A stretch of 34,649 nt of DNA from the NCBI GenBank assembly GCA_038042325.1, contig JBBTEL010000161.1, forward strand, positions 1-34,649. The letters are read 5' to 3'. The notes under the pieces are model-generated. The model was not told where the DNA came from, ran no database searches, and worked only from the letters and a program-made list of their open reading frames with translations. Source of the DNA: Candidatus Methylomirabilota bacterium (GTDB lineage: Bacteria; Methylomirabilota; Methylomirabilia; Rokubacteriales; CSP1-6). The position numbers were made by a program, and so were the translations under genes. Positions 1 to 9,416 of the stretch are shown here, in pieces; positions within the stretch are counted from its first letter, which is position 1, and each line of letters opens with the position of its first letter.

Positions 1-2176
1 GCTTCTCGGCGATGAAGCGCTCGACTTCTTCCCAGAGCGCCTCGATGATCTGAGACTCCGGCACCTTCCTGACGACCTCGCCCTTGCGGAAGATGAGCCC
101 GATCCCCTTGCCGCCCGCCACGCCGATGTCGGCGGCGCGCGCCTCGCCGGGACCGTTTACTTCACAGTTGTGCAGGGAGGCGCCCGGGAGCGAGAACGAA
201 TGAGTCCCCTCCACCTCCAGGTTATGAACATGGCCGGCGTAAGGGGCGCGCCGGACAGCGCGCACCCCAACATAGCAGGCGCGCTCGTCCAGCACGACCT
301 GTCCGTTCCTCGAGTAAGCGGGCGCGGGGGTAGCGCGGAGCCCCAAGACGTGGCGGAGCCGTGCGAGGGCCTCTTTGGAGGTCACCGAGACGACCCAGTT
401 CCGCTTCCGGTCTCGCTGATCCCGATGGTGCAGGAACGCAGCGATCCCCAGGCGGACCAGGATCTGATGGACCTGCACGGCAAGCACCCACGAAGACGTC
501 GAGTATGTGGCCCGCCAGTAGCCCCGAACGCGCCCCAGGTAGCCGTCGCCTTCCCAGAGGGCGCGAATCAGCGGCCGCTGCTTGTCGTGGGGGAGCCGGA
601 CCATCCACTCGGGGAGACACTTGGTCTCAGCGCCTCGCCCGAAGAGACCCTCGAGGAGCCTCCCGAGGGCGAGCGAATGGGCGATGACCTCCGCCGTGTG
701 CCGCCGGCGCTGGAGGCTCGGCCGGATCCCGATGCCCCTCAAAATGCGGCAAAGCCTTTCGACGTAGGCGTCCTCTCGCTCGTGGAAGTAGAAAAACTGC
801 TGGTAGGGCTTGCCACCCTTCCCGGACAGGGTCCCCTCGGCTAGGTAGTAGCCGCCCAGGGTCATGAAATCCTCGTCCACCGGAATGACGCCGAGTCCCT
901 CGGCCGTCAGCGCCGCTCGATCCTCTTTCTCCTGGAGAACCGGATAGGCAAGGACCCAGCCGGGGCACAGCTCGCCGGCCTTGATCCACCTCGGCGCGTC
1001 TCCCCTTGCGAGGACCCTCAGAATGTGAGGACGCTTGTCTCTGCCGCCCTTCCGCCGTGAGGGACGGGGAAATGCCCAGACGGGGTGATTAGGAGTGAGC
1101 CGGAATGGGGCAAAGCCCGTGGGATGCACCTCCACTAGGTCACCTTGATAGTGGTGGGTGGTGGTCCAGAGCACCTTCCGGAAAGTCCCTTCATGGGTGA
1201 GAACCTCTTCGCCCTCGCCGATCGCTTCGATAGGTTTCGGGCCCTCTTTCGTCACAACCTGCTCGCCCGGAGGCAGACACCCCATCACAGCGACGTGGAC
1301 TTCCTCGGTCACGCCCTTCAACCGCTCCTCGGCGTCCCTGGCCAGCTTCACCAGGTCCACGTCGGCCCTGCCACACGAGGGGCACGCGACGAACGTCAGC
1401 CCCTGCTTCCTGAGCCCCAGGGCCTTGAGGATCTCGATCCCCACCCGCACCTCTTCGACGGGGTCCGCCGCCAGCGAGACCCGGATGGTGTCGCCGATCC
1501 CCTCGGCCAGGAGGGTCCCGAGCCCGACGGCGGACTTGATCGTGCCCGCGGTCGGCGTGCCGGCTTCGGTGACGCCCAGGTGGAAGGGATACTCCACCTG
1601 ATCGGCCAGCATGCGATAGGCCTCGATCATCATCGCGGGGTCGGAGGCCTTGAGGGAGATCTTCATCTCGGGATAGCCGCAGTCCTCGAGGATGCTGATG
1701 TGCCGGAGAGCCGATTCGACCATACCGCGGGCAGTGGGCCCGTTGTACTTCGCGAGGAGGTCCTTCTCCAGCGACCCCGCGTTCACCCCGATCCTGAGGG
1801 GGATCTTCCGCGCCTGGGCGAGCCGCACCACTTCCATCACGTACTGCTTGCCGCCGATGTTGCCCGGGTTGAGGCGCAGGCCGTCCACGCCCTGGTCGAG
1901 GGCGATCAGGGCCAGCTTGTAGTTGAAGTGGATGTCCGCCACCAGCGGGATCCGGATCTGCTTCTTGATCTCCCCGAGCTTTTCCGCCGCCTCCTTGACG
2001 GGCACCGCCACGCGGACGATGTCGCAGCCGGCGGCTTCGAGCGACCAGATCTGGAGCAGCGTCGCCTCGACGTCCCGCGTATCCGTCTTGGTCATGGACT
2101 GCACCGTGATCGGCGCGTCGCCGCCGATCTTGATGGAGCCCAGCTGGATCTGCCTCGTCTTGCGCCGTGGCGTCAT
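1..2176 (-). CDS. ispG: 4-hydroxy-3-methylbut-2-enyl diphosphate synthase (IspG/GcpE), intein-containing precursor; 3' end runs off the window
   Basis: I checked the minus frame triplet by triplet and found no stop from ATG at 2176 down to base 2. It is absent from the ORF track because no stop lies in the window. GGAG sits 8 nt upstream of the ATG. The N-extein (2176..1280, 299 aa) reads MTPRRKTRQIQLGSIKIGGDAPITVQSMTKTDT...LRLNPGNIG...FVACPSCGR...EEVHVAVMG and is collinear with IspG. The C-extein (166..1) CEVNGPGEARAADIGVAGGKGIGLIFRKGEVV resumes IspG. Confidence 0.93.
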   Translation of the reverse strand, partial: MTPRRKTRQIQLGSIKIGGDAPITVQSMTKTDTRDVEATLLQIWSLEAAGCDIVRVAVPVKEAAEKLGEIKKQIRIPLVADIHFNYKLALIALDQGVDGLRLNPGNIGGKQYVMEVVRLAQARKIPLRIGVNAGSLEKDLLAKYNGPTARGMVESALRHISILEDCGYPEMKISLKASDPAMMIEAYRMLADQVEYPFHLGVTEAGTPTAGTIKSAVGLGTLLAEGIGDTIRVSLAADPVEEVRVGIEILKALGLRKQGLTFVACPSCGRADVDLVKLARDAEERLKGVTEEVHVAVMGCLPPGEQVVTKEGPKPIEAIGEGEEVLTHEGTFRKVLWTTTHHYQGDLVEVHPTGFAPFRLTPNHPVWAFPRPSRRKGGRDKRPHILRVLARGDAPRWIKAGELCPGWVLAYPVLQEKEDRAALTAEGLGVIPVDEDFMTLGGYYLAEGTLSGKGGKPYQQFFYFHEREDAYVERLCRILRGIGIRPSLQRRRHTAEVIAHSLALGRLLEGLFGRGAETKCLPEWMVRLPHDKQRPLIRALWEGDGYLGRVRGYWRATYSTSSWVLAVQVHQILVRLGIAAFLHHRDQRDRKRNWVVSVTSKEALARLRHVLGLRATPAPAYSRNGQVVLDERACYVGVRAVRRAPYAGHVHNLEVEGTHSFSLPGASLHNCEVNGPGEARAADIGVAGGKGIGLIFRKGEVVRKVPESQIIEALWEEVERFIAEK
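167..1279 (-). mobile_element. Class-1 intein with LAGLIDADG homing-endonuclease domain (371 aa) inside ispG
   Basis: It starts CLPPGEQVVTKEG (Cys1, block A). Block B is LTPNHPVW (TxxH). The two LAGLIDADG motifs are LGGYYLAEGTL (833..859) and LIRALWEGDGYL (536..571). Block F is VHNLEVEGTHSF and block G is ASLHN, followed by a +1 Cys (164..166). Removing it restores VAVMG-CEVNGPGEA, the conserved IspG motif. Confidence 0.9.
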
Positions 2177-2187
2177 TCGGCTGACTC

Positions 2188-3543
2188 CTATCTGAAGAAG
2201 CGCAGGAAGTCGATGCGCGTCAGATCATTATAGACGGCGAACACCATCAGGAGCACCAGCAGGAAGAGTCCGACCTGCTGGGCCACTTCCCGCTTCCGGA
2301 GCGAGAGCGGGCGGCCCAGGATCCCCTCGATGACGAAGAAGAACAGGTGCCCACCGTCCAGGATCGGCACCGGGAGCAGGTTCAGGAGCGCCAAGTTGAC
2401 GCTGATCACCGCGGTGAAGAAGGCCAGGCTCAGGAGCCCCTGCTTGGCCTGCTCTCCGGCCACCACGGCGATCTGGATCGGCCCGCCGATGGTGGAGGCC
2501 GGGAGCTGGCGCGTGACCAGCTTCCAGAGCCCCCGCGCCGTCAGCACCGTGATGTCCCAGGTCCGGGCGCTGCCGTGCCAGACGGCCTGGATGGGATTCA
2601 ACCGGAGGTAGGACACGGCCGCAGGGCCGATGCCGATGCGGCCGATCTCGATCTCCTGGCCGGACGGGCCGCGCTCCTTGAAGGCCTGGGGGACAACCGA
2701 CACGGTCAGCGACCGTCCCGCGCGCTCGATGGTGAGCTCCATCGGCTTGCCGGCGCGCTTGTGGATGGCCTCCGCCATTTCGTCCCACGAGAGGACGGCG
2801 TTCCCGTCCACGGCCACCACGACGTCGCCCCCGCGAAGCCCGACCTTGGCGGCCGGATAGCCCGGCTGAATCTCGCCGATCCGCGCGGGGGCGAACGGCC
2901 CGGCCCCGATGTCCCACACCTCCCGCTCGTCCCCGAAGACGTCCCGCACCTTGGTCCGAGCAGGCGTCAGGGCGACCCGCTGCTCACGGCCATCGCGGGA
3001 GAACGCGATCTGGCGCGTCTCACCGCCCGACGCCTGGATCGCGCCGAGCAGATCGTCCCAGTTGGTGACGGGGACGCCGTCCACGGCCGTGACCCGGTCG
3101 CCGGTGCGGAGGCCGGCCTGAGCGGCGGGGCCATCGGCCTTGATCCGCCCGAGGGTGGAGGGCAGCACAGGGCGTCCCACGATCATGAACACGACCGCGA
3201 AGATCGCGGCGGCCAGGACGAAGTTCATCCCGGGGCCGGCGAACACGATCAGAAACCGTGCGGCGAGCGGCTTTAGCGAGAACGACTTGGCCGGGTCCAC
3301 CGTGGCGGTCCCGCCGCCTTCCAGGGGGCTCTCCTCCCCCATCATCTTCACGTAGCCGCCCATGGGGATCGCGGAGAGGCAGTACTCCGTCTCTTTCCCC
3401 CGCCACCGCAGGAGGACCGGGCCGAAGCCGATCGAGAAGCGCTCCACCCCCACGCCCATCCAGCGGGCCACCAGGAAATGGCCCAGCTCGTGGACGAGGA
3501 TCAAGATGCCGATGACGACGACGAAGGACAGGACGGTGGTCAC
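2188..3543 (-). CDS. rseP: RIP site-2 zinc metalloprotease RseP
   Basis: 451 aa. HELGHFLVAR (HExxH) lies in the first TM segment, there are central PDZ-like regions, and the C-terminal LNLLPVPILDGGH motif is present. GTG start with GGGAGGAGG 8 nt upstream. Confidence 0.9.
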   Translation of the reverse strand: MTTVLSFVVVIGILILVHELGHFLVARWMGVGVERFSIGFGPVLLRWRGKETEYCLSAIPMGGYVKMMGEESPLEGGGTATVDPAKSFSLKPLAARFLIVFAGPGMNFVLAAAIFAVVFMIVGRPVLPSTLGRIKADGPAAQAGLRTGDRVTAVDGVPVTNWDDLLGAIQASGGETRQIAFSRDGREQRVALTPARTKVRDVFGDEREVWDIGAGPFAPARIGEIQPGYPAAKVGLRGGDVVVAVDGNAVLSWDEMAEAIHKRAGKPMELTIERAGRSLTVSVVPQAFKERGPSGQEIEIGRIGIGPAAVSYLRLNPIQAVWHGSARTWDITVLTARGLWKLVTRQLPASTIGGPIQIAVVAGEQAKQGLLSLAFFTAVISVNLALLNLLPVPILDGGHLFFFVIEGILGRPLSLRKREVAQQVGLFLLVLLMVFAVYNDLTRIDFLRFFR

Positions 3544-3562
3544 GCGCGCGCTGCCTCCTCCC

Positions 3563-4744
3563 TCACCGGGCGCCGGCCGCCACCACCGCTTGCAGGCGGA
3601 GGATCTCGTCCGCCACCCGCCGCGCCTCGCGGTCCACGGCCACGCATTCCTCGATGCTCGCGAGCTCCCGCGCCGGAACCCGATCGAGAGCCTCGGCGAT
3701 CACCTCGGCGATCTGAGTGAACCGGAGGCGTCCCTCGAGAAACGCCGCGACGGCGACCTCATTGGCGGCGTTGAGCACCACGGAGGCCGAGCCGCCCCGG
3801 GCCAGCGCCTGGCGCGCGAGCCCCAGGCAGGGAAACTTCTCCGTGTCGGGCTCGTGGAAGGTGAGCTGCCCCACCGCCGTCAGGTCCAGGGCGGGCGCCG
3901 GGCAGGGCCGGCGCTCGGGGTACGTGAGCGCGTAGAGGATCGGGATCCCCATGTCGGCCACGCCGAGCTGCGCGAGGACGGAGCCGTCGATGTACTCCAC
4001 CATGGAGTGGACGATGGACTGCGGATGCACGACGACCTCGATCTGCTCGGGCCGGAGGTCAAAGAGCCAGCGCGCCTCGATGATCTCGAGCCCTTTGTTC
4101 ATCAGGGTGGCCGAATCCACGGTGATCTTCGCGCCCATCTTCCAGGTGGGATGGTTCAGGGCGTCGGCGACGGTCACGTGGGCGAGCGCCTCGCTCGACA
4201 GCTGGCGAAAGGGGCCGCCGGAGGCCGTGAGCATGATGCGCCGCACCTCCGAGCGGTTGTGCCCCTGGAGGCACTGGAAGATGGCGCTGTGCTCGGAGTC
4301 CACCGGAAGGAGCGAGACCCCGCGGGCCCGCGCGGCCGCGGTCATGAGGTTGCCGGCCATCACGAGCGTTTCCTTGTTCGCCAGCGCGATGGTTCTTCCC
4401 GCCTCGATCGCCGCCATCGTCGGCAGCAGCCCCGCGCTCCCCACCAGGGCGGACAGCACCACGTCCGCGTCGGTCTCGGCCGCCAGAGTCACGAGACCCT
4501 TCGGCCCGGCCAGCAGCTCCGGACGCGGATGCGGCAGGGCCCGAGCGAGAGCGTCCACGGCGTCGGCCTCCAGCAGGGCCACGGCCCTGGGCTTGTAGCG
4601 GAGGCAGAGCTCGGCGAGCAGCGGCACGTTGGAGCCGCGCGCCGCCAGCCCCTCGATGCCGAGGGCGTCGGGAAAGGCTGAGACCAGCTCCAGGGCTCTC
4701 CTGCCCACGGAGCCGGTCGCGCCGAGCAGCGTGATCCGTTTCAT
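3563..4744 (-). CDS. dxr: 1-deoxy-D-xylulose 5-phosphate reductoisomerase
   Basis: 393 aa. LLGATGSVGRRAL N-terminus, plus LANKETLV, DSEHSAIFQCL and NKGLEIIEA motifs. Confidence 0.95.
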   Translation of the reverse strand: MKRITLLGATGSVGRRALELVSAFPDALGIEGLAARGSNVPLLAELCLRYKPRAVALLEADAVDALARALPHPRPELLAGPKGLVTLAAETDADVVLSALVGSAGLLPTMAAIEAGRTIALANKETLVMAGNLMTAAARARGVSLLPVDSEHSAIFQCLQGHNRSEVRRIMLTASGGPFRQLSSEALAHVTVADALNHPTWKMGAKITVDSATLMNKGLEIIEARWLFDLRPEQIEVVVHPQSIVHSMVEYIDGSVLAQLGVADMGIPILYALTYPERRPCPAPALDLTAVGQLTFHEPDTEKFPCLGLARQALARGGSASVVLNAANEVAVAAFLEGRLRFTQIAEVIAEALDRVPARELASIEECVAVDREARRVADEILRLQAVVAAGAR

Positions 4745-4751
4745 GGGGGCG

Positions 4752-5609
4752 TCAGGCCGCGATGAAGCGCGTGTAGTAAAAGAGCGCCGGCGTGTTGAAC
4801 AGCAGGCTGTCCAGGCGATCCAGGAGCCCGCCGTGCCCGGGGATCAGCGCCCCCGTGTCCTTGGTCCCGAGGCTCCGTTTGAGGGCCGACTCCACCAGGT
4901 CGCCGAGCTGCCCCACCACCCCCAGCAGGAGGCCCGCGACCGCGGCGCGCCCGAGCCCGATCTCGGTGAAGAACCACGCCTGCGCGACCACCGCCGCCAG
5001 CAGGGAGACCACGAGCTGGGCCGCGGCCCCTTCCACCGTCTTGCGCGGGCTGATGACCGGCGCGAGCTTCGTGCGTCCCAGCGTGGAGCCCACGACGTAG
5101 GCGGCCGTCTCGCCGAGCCACGTCACCCACACGAGGAGCAGGACCCAGTCGCTTCCGCCGGGCAGGTCCCGAAGCCAGAACCCGTACCCCAGGAGCCAGT
5201 TCACGTAGCAGATCCCGAACAGCGTGACGGCGGCGGGCTCCCAGGCGAGGCGCGCGCCGCGCGGGCGCCAGAGCGCCGATAGCAGCACTGCCAGCAGCAC
5301 TGCCGTGAAGGCGACCCGCTCGGAGATGGGCAGGGCAAAGCTCGCGGTGACCGCCGTGCCCCCGACGAGCCCGAGCCAGCGGAAGGTGCGGACCCCGGCG
5401 CGTTCGAACATCCCCGTGAACTCCCACTGGGCCACGGCCGAAACCAGCACCACCGTGGCCCCGAACAGCCACACCGGGCCCATCACGATCCCCACGAAGA
5501 CCGGCAGGAGGACGACCGTGCTCAGGACGCGCTTGACCAGCGCGGCCCCGCGCGCCGGGGGCGCGGCGTCCACCGATCTGGGGACCGGCGCTTCCTGCGC
5601 CCGTGCCAT
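4752..5609 (-). CDS. cdsA: Phosphatidate cytidylyltransferase (CDP-diglyceride synthase)
   Basis: 285 aa from ATG 5609, with GGAGGT 7 nt upstream. Multi-TM protein with the C-terminal signature SALKRSLGTKDTGALIPGHGGLLDRLDSLLF. The ORF-track extension to 5852 overlaps uppS and was rejected. Confidence 0.88.
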   Translation of the reverse strand: MARAQEAPVPRSVDAAPPARGAALVKRVLSTVVLLPVFVGIVMGPVWLFGATVVLVSAVAQWEFTGMFERAGVRTFRWLGLVGGTAVTASFALPISERVAFTAVLLAVLLSALWRPRGARLAWEPAAVTLFGICYVNWLLGYGFWLRDLPGGSDWVLLLVWVTWLGETAAYVVGSTLGRTKLAPVISPRKTVEGAAAQLVVSLLAAVVAQAWFFTEIGLGRAAVAGLLLGVVGQLGDLVESALKRSLGTKDTGALIPGHGGLLDRLDSLLFNTPALFYYTRFIAA

Positions 5610-5655
5610 CAGAGCACCTCCAAGCCACCGGACTCGCCACTCACGCGTATGGCAG

Positions 5656-5780
5656 GGTGCCGGTACAAATGACGAGCCAGACAAGGCCCGAGGGAGGAGC
5701 CCACCGGAGCGTACGCGGTTGTACGTGAGGATGGGCAACGACCGAGAACGCCGTATGGCGAAGTCAGTTGGACCGGCACC
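5656..5780. repeat. ~125 bp intergenic element bounded by a 9-bp perfect inverted repeat (GGTGCCGGT 5656..5664 / ACCGGCACC 5772..5780)
   Basis: Read directly from the sequence. It encloses the 31-nt core shared with 34400..34430 and sits in an unusually long 172-nt uppS-cdsA spacer. Confidence 0.6.
5683..5713. repeat. 31-nt repeat core, copy A (AAGGCCCGAGGGAGGAGCCcACCGGAGCGTA)
   Basis: 30/31 identical to 34400..34430 in the same orientation. Both copies are intergenic. Confidence 0.8.
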
Positions 5781-5781
5781 A

Positions 5782-6564
5782 TCACACCCGGCCGAAGCGG
5801 CGGTCCCGGCGCTGATACTCGGCGACCGCCAGATAAAGATCCCGTGCGCCAAAATCGGGCCAGAGCGTCGGGGTGACCACCAGCTCGGTGTAGGCGATCT
5901 GCCAGAGGAGGAAGTTGGACACCCGCATCTCCCCGCTGGTTCGGATCAGGAGGTCGGGGTCGGGGACGCCCCGGGTGTAGAGAGCCTGCTCCACCCGCGC
6001 CTCGTCGATGTCCTCCGGGCGAAGCTCTCCCGCCTGCACCTGGCGCGCCAGCGCCCGCGCCGCATCCACGAGCTCGTCGCGCCCGCCATAATTGAACGCC
6101 ATGAACAGGGTCAACCCCGTATTCCCGGCGGTTGCGGCCACCGCGCGCTCGATCCCCTGCCTCACCGACGACGGAACCCCGTTGGGTCTCCCGATCACCC
6201 TGAGGCGGACGTTGTTGGCCTGGAGCTCGGGCAGCTCCTGGTCGATGGACCGTTCGAGCAGGGTCATGAGGGTGGTCACCTCGATCGACGGCCGGCTCCA
6301 GTTCTCCGAGGAGAACGCGTAGAGGGTGAGGAAGCGAATGCCCACCTCGTGGGAGGCCCGGACCACGGCGCGCGCCGCCTTCACGCCCTCGCGGTGCCCC
6401 GCGACCCGGTTCAGGCCACGCTGGGTCGCCCACCGGCCGTTGCCGTCCATGATGATGGCCACGTGCTGCGGCAGGGGGAGCGCTTTGACGCGGGCCACGA
6501 GCTCCGAGTCCTCGAGGGACGCGAGGTCGGTCACGGGCAGGTTCGGCAGTCGTCGCACAGCCAT
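5782..6564 (-). CDS. uppS: Undecaprenyl diphosphate synthase
   Basis: 260 aa from ATG 6564. Motifs HVAIIMDGNGRWA, FSSENWSRP and RTSGEMRVSNFLLWQIAYTEL. Confidence 0.92.
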   Translation of the reverse strand: MAVRRLPNLPVTDLASLEDSELVARVKALPLPQHVAIIMDGNGRWATQRGLNRVAGHREGVKAARAVVRASHEVGIRFLTLYAFSSENWSRPSIEVTTLMTLLERSIDQELPELQANNVRLRVIGRPNGVPSSVRQGIERAVAATAGNTGLTLFMAFNYGGRDELVDAARALARQVQAGELRPEDIDEARVEQALYTRGVPDPDLLIRTSGEMRVSNFLLWQIAYTELVVTPTLWPDFGARDLYLAVAEYQRRDRRFGRV

Positions 6565-6578
6565 CTTTCCGTATCGTA

Positions 6579-7133
6579 TCAGAAGGTCAGAATCTCCTGC
6601 TCCTTCTTCTTGAGGAGCTCGTCCGCCCGCTGGATGAACTTGTCGGTGATCTTCTGGGTCTGGTCCTGGCCCCGGCGCCCGTCGTCCTCGGAGATCTTCT
6701 TCTCCTTTTCCATCGTCTTGATCTTCTTGTTGGCGTCGTGCCGGATGTTGCGGATCGCGACGCGCGCGTCCTCGGCCAGCTTGCCCACGGCCTTGGCCAA
6801 CTGCTTCCGACGCTCCTCGTTCAAGGGAGGCATGACGAGGCGGATCACCTTGCCGTCGTTGGCCGGGGTGAGCCCCAGGTCGGATTTCATGATCGCCTTC
6901 TCGATGGCGTGCAGGAGGCTCGCGTCCCACGGCTGGATGAGGAGTGTCTTCGGGTCCGGCACCGACAGGGAGGCTACCTGGGGGACCGGCGTCGGCGTGC
7001 CGTAGTAGTCCACCCGGATCCCTTCCAGCAGGCCGGTGCTGGCGCGCCCCGTCCGGACGCCCGCGAAGTCCCGGCCCAGCGCGTCCAGGGCTCCCTGCAT
7101 TCTCGTCTCAACCTCCTTGATGACCGCCTGCAT
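6579..7133 (-). CDS. frr: Ribosome recycling factor
   Basis: 184 aa, collinear with Frr over its full length (e.g. VRTGRASTGLLEGIRVDYYG, RNIRHDANKK). Confidence 0.95.
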   Translation of the reverse strand: MQAVIKEVETRMQGALDALGRDFAGVRTGRASTGLLEGIRVDYYGTPTPVPQVASLSVPDPKTLLIQPWDASLLHAIEKAIMKSDLGLTPANDGKVIRLVMPPLNEERRKQLAKAVGKLAEDARVAIRNIRHDANKKIKTMEKEKKISEDDGRRGQDQTQKITDKFIQRADELLKKKEQEILTF

Positions 7134-7139
7134 AGCCCG

Positions 7140-8493
<1,354 letters not shown>

Positions 8494-8506
8494 CGGCCTA
8501 GTCCCC

Positions 8507-9274
8507 TTAGGATGTCGCTTCAGCCGCCGCGTCAACTTCCGCTTCGGCTTCCGTCAGCGCCTCGGCGGCAGCTTCCTCGGGCTCTTCCTTGGCGAGCGGG
8601 CCCCGGCCCTCGAGGATGGCGTCCGCCAGCCGGGAGGTGATGAGCCGGACCGCCCGGATCGCGTCGTCGTTGCCCGGGATCGGGTAGTCGATGCCCGTGG
8701 GATCGCAGTTGGTGTCCACGATGGCCACGATGGGGATCGCCAGGCGTTGGGCTTCGGCCACTGCGATGCGCTCCTTCTTGGGATCGATGATGAACACGGC
8801 CGACGGTACCCGGTCCATGCCCTTGATGCCCACCAGGGCTTTCTCCAGTTTCTGCCGCTCGCGCTCGAGCCCGAGCACCTCCTTCTTGGGCAGCCGCTCG
8901 TACTCGCCGGTCTCCTGCATCTCGTCGAGCCGCTTGAGCCGCGCGATGGAACGGTTGATGGTGGCGAAATTGGTCAGGGTCCCGCCCAGCCAGCGCTGGT
9001 TCACGTAAAACATGCCGCAGCGGGAGGCCTCGTCGAAGACCGTCTCCTGGGCCTGCTTCTTGGTGCCCACGAACAGGACGGTGCCCCCGCCGGCGGCCAG
9101 CTCCAGGATGAAGGCGTAGGCCTCGCGGAATTTCTTCAGGGTCTTCTGGAGATCGATGATGTAGATGCCGTTGCGCTCCCCGAAGATGTATTTCTGCATC
9201 TTGGGGTTCCACCGCTTGGTCTGGTGGCCGAAGTGAACCCCGGCCTCCAGGAGCTCCTTCATCGTCACTGTCAC
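8507..9274 (-). CDS. rpsB: 30S ribosomal protein S2
   Basis: [25 protein letters not shown] 9274 has GGAGG 5 nt upstream; ATG 9262 is the alternative start. Confidence 0.95.
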   Translation of the reverse strand: MTVTMKELLEAGVHFGHQTKRWNPKMQKYIFGERNGIYIIDLQKTLKKFREAYAFILELAAGGGTVLFVGTKKQAQETVFDEASRCGMFYVNQRWLGGTLTNFATINRSIARLKRLDEMQETGEYERLPKKEVLGLERERQKLEKALVGIKGMDRVPSAVFIIDPKKERIAVAEAQRLAIPIVAIVDTNCDPTGIDYPIPGNDDAIRAVRLITSRLADAILEGRGPLAKEEPEEAAAEALTEAEAEVDAAAEATS

Positions 9275-9387
9275 AGCGTCCTCCTTCGGTTTGCCTCCGC
9301 CCCCCGACCCCTCGCCGGGGCACCGAATGTGGGTGGCGTGCGGTTTTGGGCCTCCCTCGGTCGGCCTCTATTCCGCCGGGGGAGGAC

Positions 9388-9413
9388 TCGGAGGGGGTGG
9401 GGACCCCCTCCGA
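9388..9413 (-). terminator. GC-rich hairpin 3 nt after the argJ stop (11-bp stem, GGGG/CCCC loop), no U-tract
   Basis: TCGGAGGGGGT-GGGG-ACCCCCTCCGA, read directly. It may act as a terminator or stabiliser, or be part of the rpsB leader. Confidence 0.4.
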
Positions 9414-9416
9414 TGC

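Noticed and set aside
170-989. ORF-track entries 170..844(+), 222..620(-), 361..687(+) and 627..989(-) inside the left 1 kb
   Set aside because: They have Arg/Pro/Gly-rich junk composition with no motifs. The third minus frame is open throughout and encodes a canonical intein, so these are shadow ORFs of a high-GC coding region.
167-1279. Whether the ispG insertion is the lineage-specific A* insert domain known from long-form IspG
   Set aside because: The A* domain sits between the TIM-barrel and Fe-S domains. This insert lies inside the Fe-S domain at the GC|xVNGPGE cysteine and has Cys1, TxxH, 2x LAGLIDADG and HN+Cys motifs, so it is an intein.
1145-2233. 362-aa plus-strand ORF (and the nested 1158..1601, 1692..1922 and 1923..2195 ORFs)
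   Set aside because: They are antisense to a perfectly collinear IspG N-extein. The translation is low-complexity (R/P/G/H/D-rich) with a TTG start.
5656-5780. Repeat element as SRP (4.5S) RNA or a known riboswitch
   Set aside because: AAGGCCCGAGGGAGGAGCC superficially resembles the SRP helix-8 GGUCCGGAAGGAAGCAGCC, but it cannot form the GNRA-capped helix, it is present twice, and it sits inside operons. I recognised no B12, SAM or TPP-type conserved boxes.
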